In this document: one piece after another, positions 37,191 to 38,438 of the stretch | How the letters are laid out: every line of letters starts with the position of its first letter | How positions within the stretch are numbered: the first letter of the stretch is position 1 | Source: a virus | Lineage: Duplodnaviria > Heunggongvirae > Uroviricota > Caudoviricetes | IMG/VR virus record: IMGVR_UViG_2534682287_000008 | Span: 1 to 38,438 of that record | Strand: one strand, 5' to 3' | DNA: 38,438 nucleotides | Translations under genes and position numbers: made by a program | The notes under the pieces: model-generated | The model's input: only the letters and a program-made list of their open reading frames with translations | Told to the model about the DNA's origin: nothing | Databases searched by the model: none

Positions 37191-38438
37191 CTATATTGCT
37201 GAAGGTACAGGCGTTTCCATAACTATTTGCTCGCGTTTTTTACTCAAGAAGAAAATGCCAAATAGCAACATCAGGCAGACAATACCCGAAATTGCGAAGA
37301 AAACTGTCTGGTAGCCTGCGTGGTCAAAGAGTATCCCAGTCGGCGTTGAAAGCAGCACAATCCCAAGCGAACTGGCAATTTGAAAACCAATCAGAAAGAT
37401 CGTCGACGACAGGCGCTTATCAAAGTTTGCCACGCTGTATTTGAAGACGGATATGACACAAAGTGGAACCTCAATGGCATGTAACAACTTCACTAATGAA
37501 ATAATCCAGGGGTTAACGAACAGCGCGCAGGAAAGGATACGCAACGCCATAATCACAACTCCGATAAGTAATGCATTTTTTGGCCCTACCCGATTCACAA
37601 AGAAAGGAATAATCGCCATGCACAGCGCTTCGAGTACCACCTGGAATGAGTTGAGATAACCATACAGGCGCGTTCCTACATCGTGTGATTCGAATAAACC
37701 TGCATAAAAGACAGGAAAAAGTTGTTGATCAAAAATGTTATAGAAAGACCACGTCCCCACAATAAATATGACGAAAACCCAGAAGTTTCGATCCTTGAAA
37801 ACTGCGATAAAATCCTCTTTTTTTACCCCTCCCGCATCTGCCGCTACGCACTGGTGATCCTTATCTTTAAAACGCATGTTGATCATCATAAATACAGCGC
37901 CAAATAGCGAGACCAACCAGAAGTTGATATGGGGACTGATACTAAAAAATATGCCGGCAAAGAACGCGCCAATAGCATAGCCAAAAGATCCCCAGGCGCG
38001 CGCTGTTCCATATTCGAAATGAAAATTTCGCGCCATTTTTTCGGTGAAGCTATCAAGCAAACCGCATCCCGCCAGATACCCCAAGCCAAAAAATAGCGCC
38101 CCCAGAATTAGACCTACAGAAAAATTGCTTTGCAGTAACGGTTCATAAACGTAAATCATAAACGGTCCGGTCAAGACCAGGATGAAACTCATACACCAGA
38201 TGAGCGGTTTCTTCAGACCGAGTTTATCCTGAACGATGCCGTAGAACATCATAAATAGAATGCTGGTAAACTGGTTGACCGAATAAAGTGTACCTAATTC
38301 CGTCCCTGTCAACCCTAGATGTCCTTTCAGCCAAATAGCGTATAACGACCACCACAGCGACCAGGAAATAAAAAAGAGAAATGAGTAACTGGATGCAAAA
38401 CGATAGTACGCATTTCTGAATGGAATATTCAGTGCCAT
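37191..38438 (-). CDS. cscB: LacY-family oligosaccharide:H+ symporter (sucrose permease CscB-like); host gene
   Basis: 415 aa, 12 predicted transmembrane segments; LacY-like N-terminus; start coincides with window end. Confidence 0.8.
   Translation of the reverse strand: MALNIPFRNAYYRFASSYSFLFFISWSLWWSLYAIWLKGHLGLTGTELGTLYSVNQFTSILFMMFYGIVQDKLGLKKPLIWCMSFILVLTGPFMIYVYEPLLQSNFSVGLILGALFFGLGYLAGCGLLDSFTEKMARNFHFEYGTARAWGSFGYAIGAFFAGIFFSISPHINFWLVSLFGAVFMMINMRFKDKDHQCVAADAGGVKKEDFIAVFKDRNFWVFVIFIVGTWSFYNIFDQQLFPVFYAGLFESHDVGTRLYGYLNSFQVVLEALCMAIIPFFVNRVGPKNALLIGVVIMALRILSCALFVNPWIISLVKLLHAIEVPLCVISVFKYSVANFDKRLSSTIFLIGFQIASSLGIVLLSTPTGILFDHAGYQTVFFAISGIVCLMLLFGIFFLSKKREQIVMETPVPSAI

Noticed and set aside
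37191-38438. LacY-family permease considered as phage cargo
   Set aside because: Lies beyond the tRNA-like attR core and resembles the chromosomal sucrose permease CscB; treated as host flank
1-38438. Considered whether the window is a free phage genome rather than a prophage, because int-oac-tailspike adjacency resembles the P22 attP neighbourhood
   Set aside because: The tRNA 3'-end-like core and host permease at the right end, and int starting exactly at the left edge, fit an integrated prophage with attP between xis and int

Overview
The window is an almost complete P22-like (Sf6/HK620-type) lambdoid prophage of about 36.7 kb, read in reverse of the usual phage map, followed by about 1.7 kb of host DNA. 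From left to right: P4-type integrase and an AT-rich O-antigen acetyltransferase (oac) conversion gene on the plus strand; then on the minus strand a tailspike, orphan mnt (plus strand), ejection proteins (gp16/gp20/gp7-like), tail needle, gp10/gp4-like, coat, scaffold, portal, TerL and TerS; a small moron island bracketed by a duplicated terS 5' end; a lambda-type lysis cassette (S, R, Rz/Rz1), late promoter region, Q, a nin region (NinB/E/F/H, RusA), DnaB-type helicase and O-like initiator with origin iterons, cII, cro; then on the plus strand cI, pL, nutL, N, a 156-aa unknown gene, cIII/kil-like small genes, Erf, an SSB-like protein, a run of unknown genes, two terminator-insulated genes of 266 and 114 aa, an AlpA-type excisionase-like gene, tRNA-Arg-like 3' fragments (attR), and a host LacY-family permease (CscB-like). 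All calls come from reading the six-frame translations and the DNA by eye; protein identities rest on recalled family knowledge and no database search, alignment score or GC calculation was run. The main candidates for something new are the 266-aa gene with a tRNA-guanine-transglycosylase-like motif order, the moron island bounded by the terS duplication, the 156-aa gene after N, and the small ORF inserted in the N leader.
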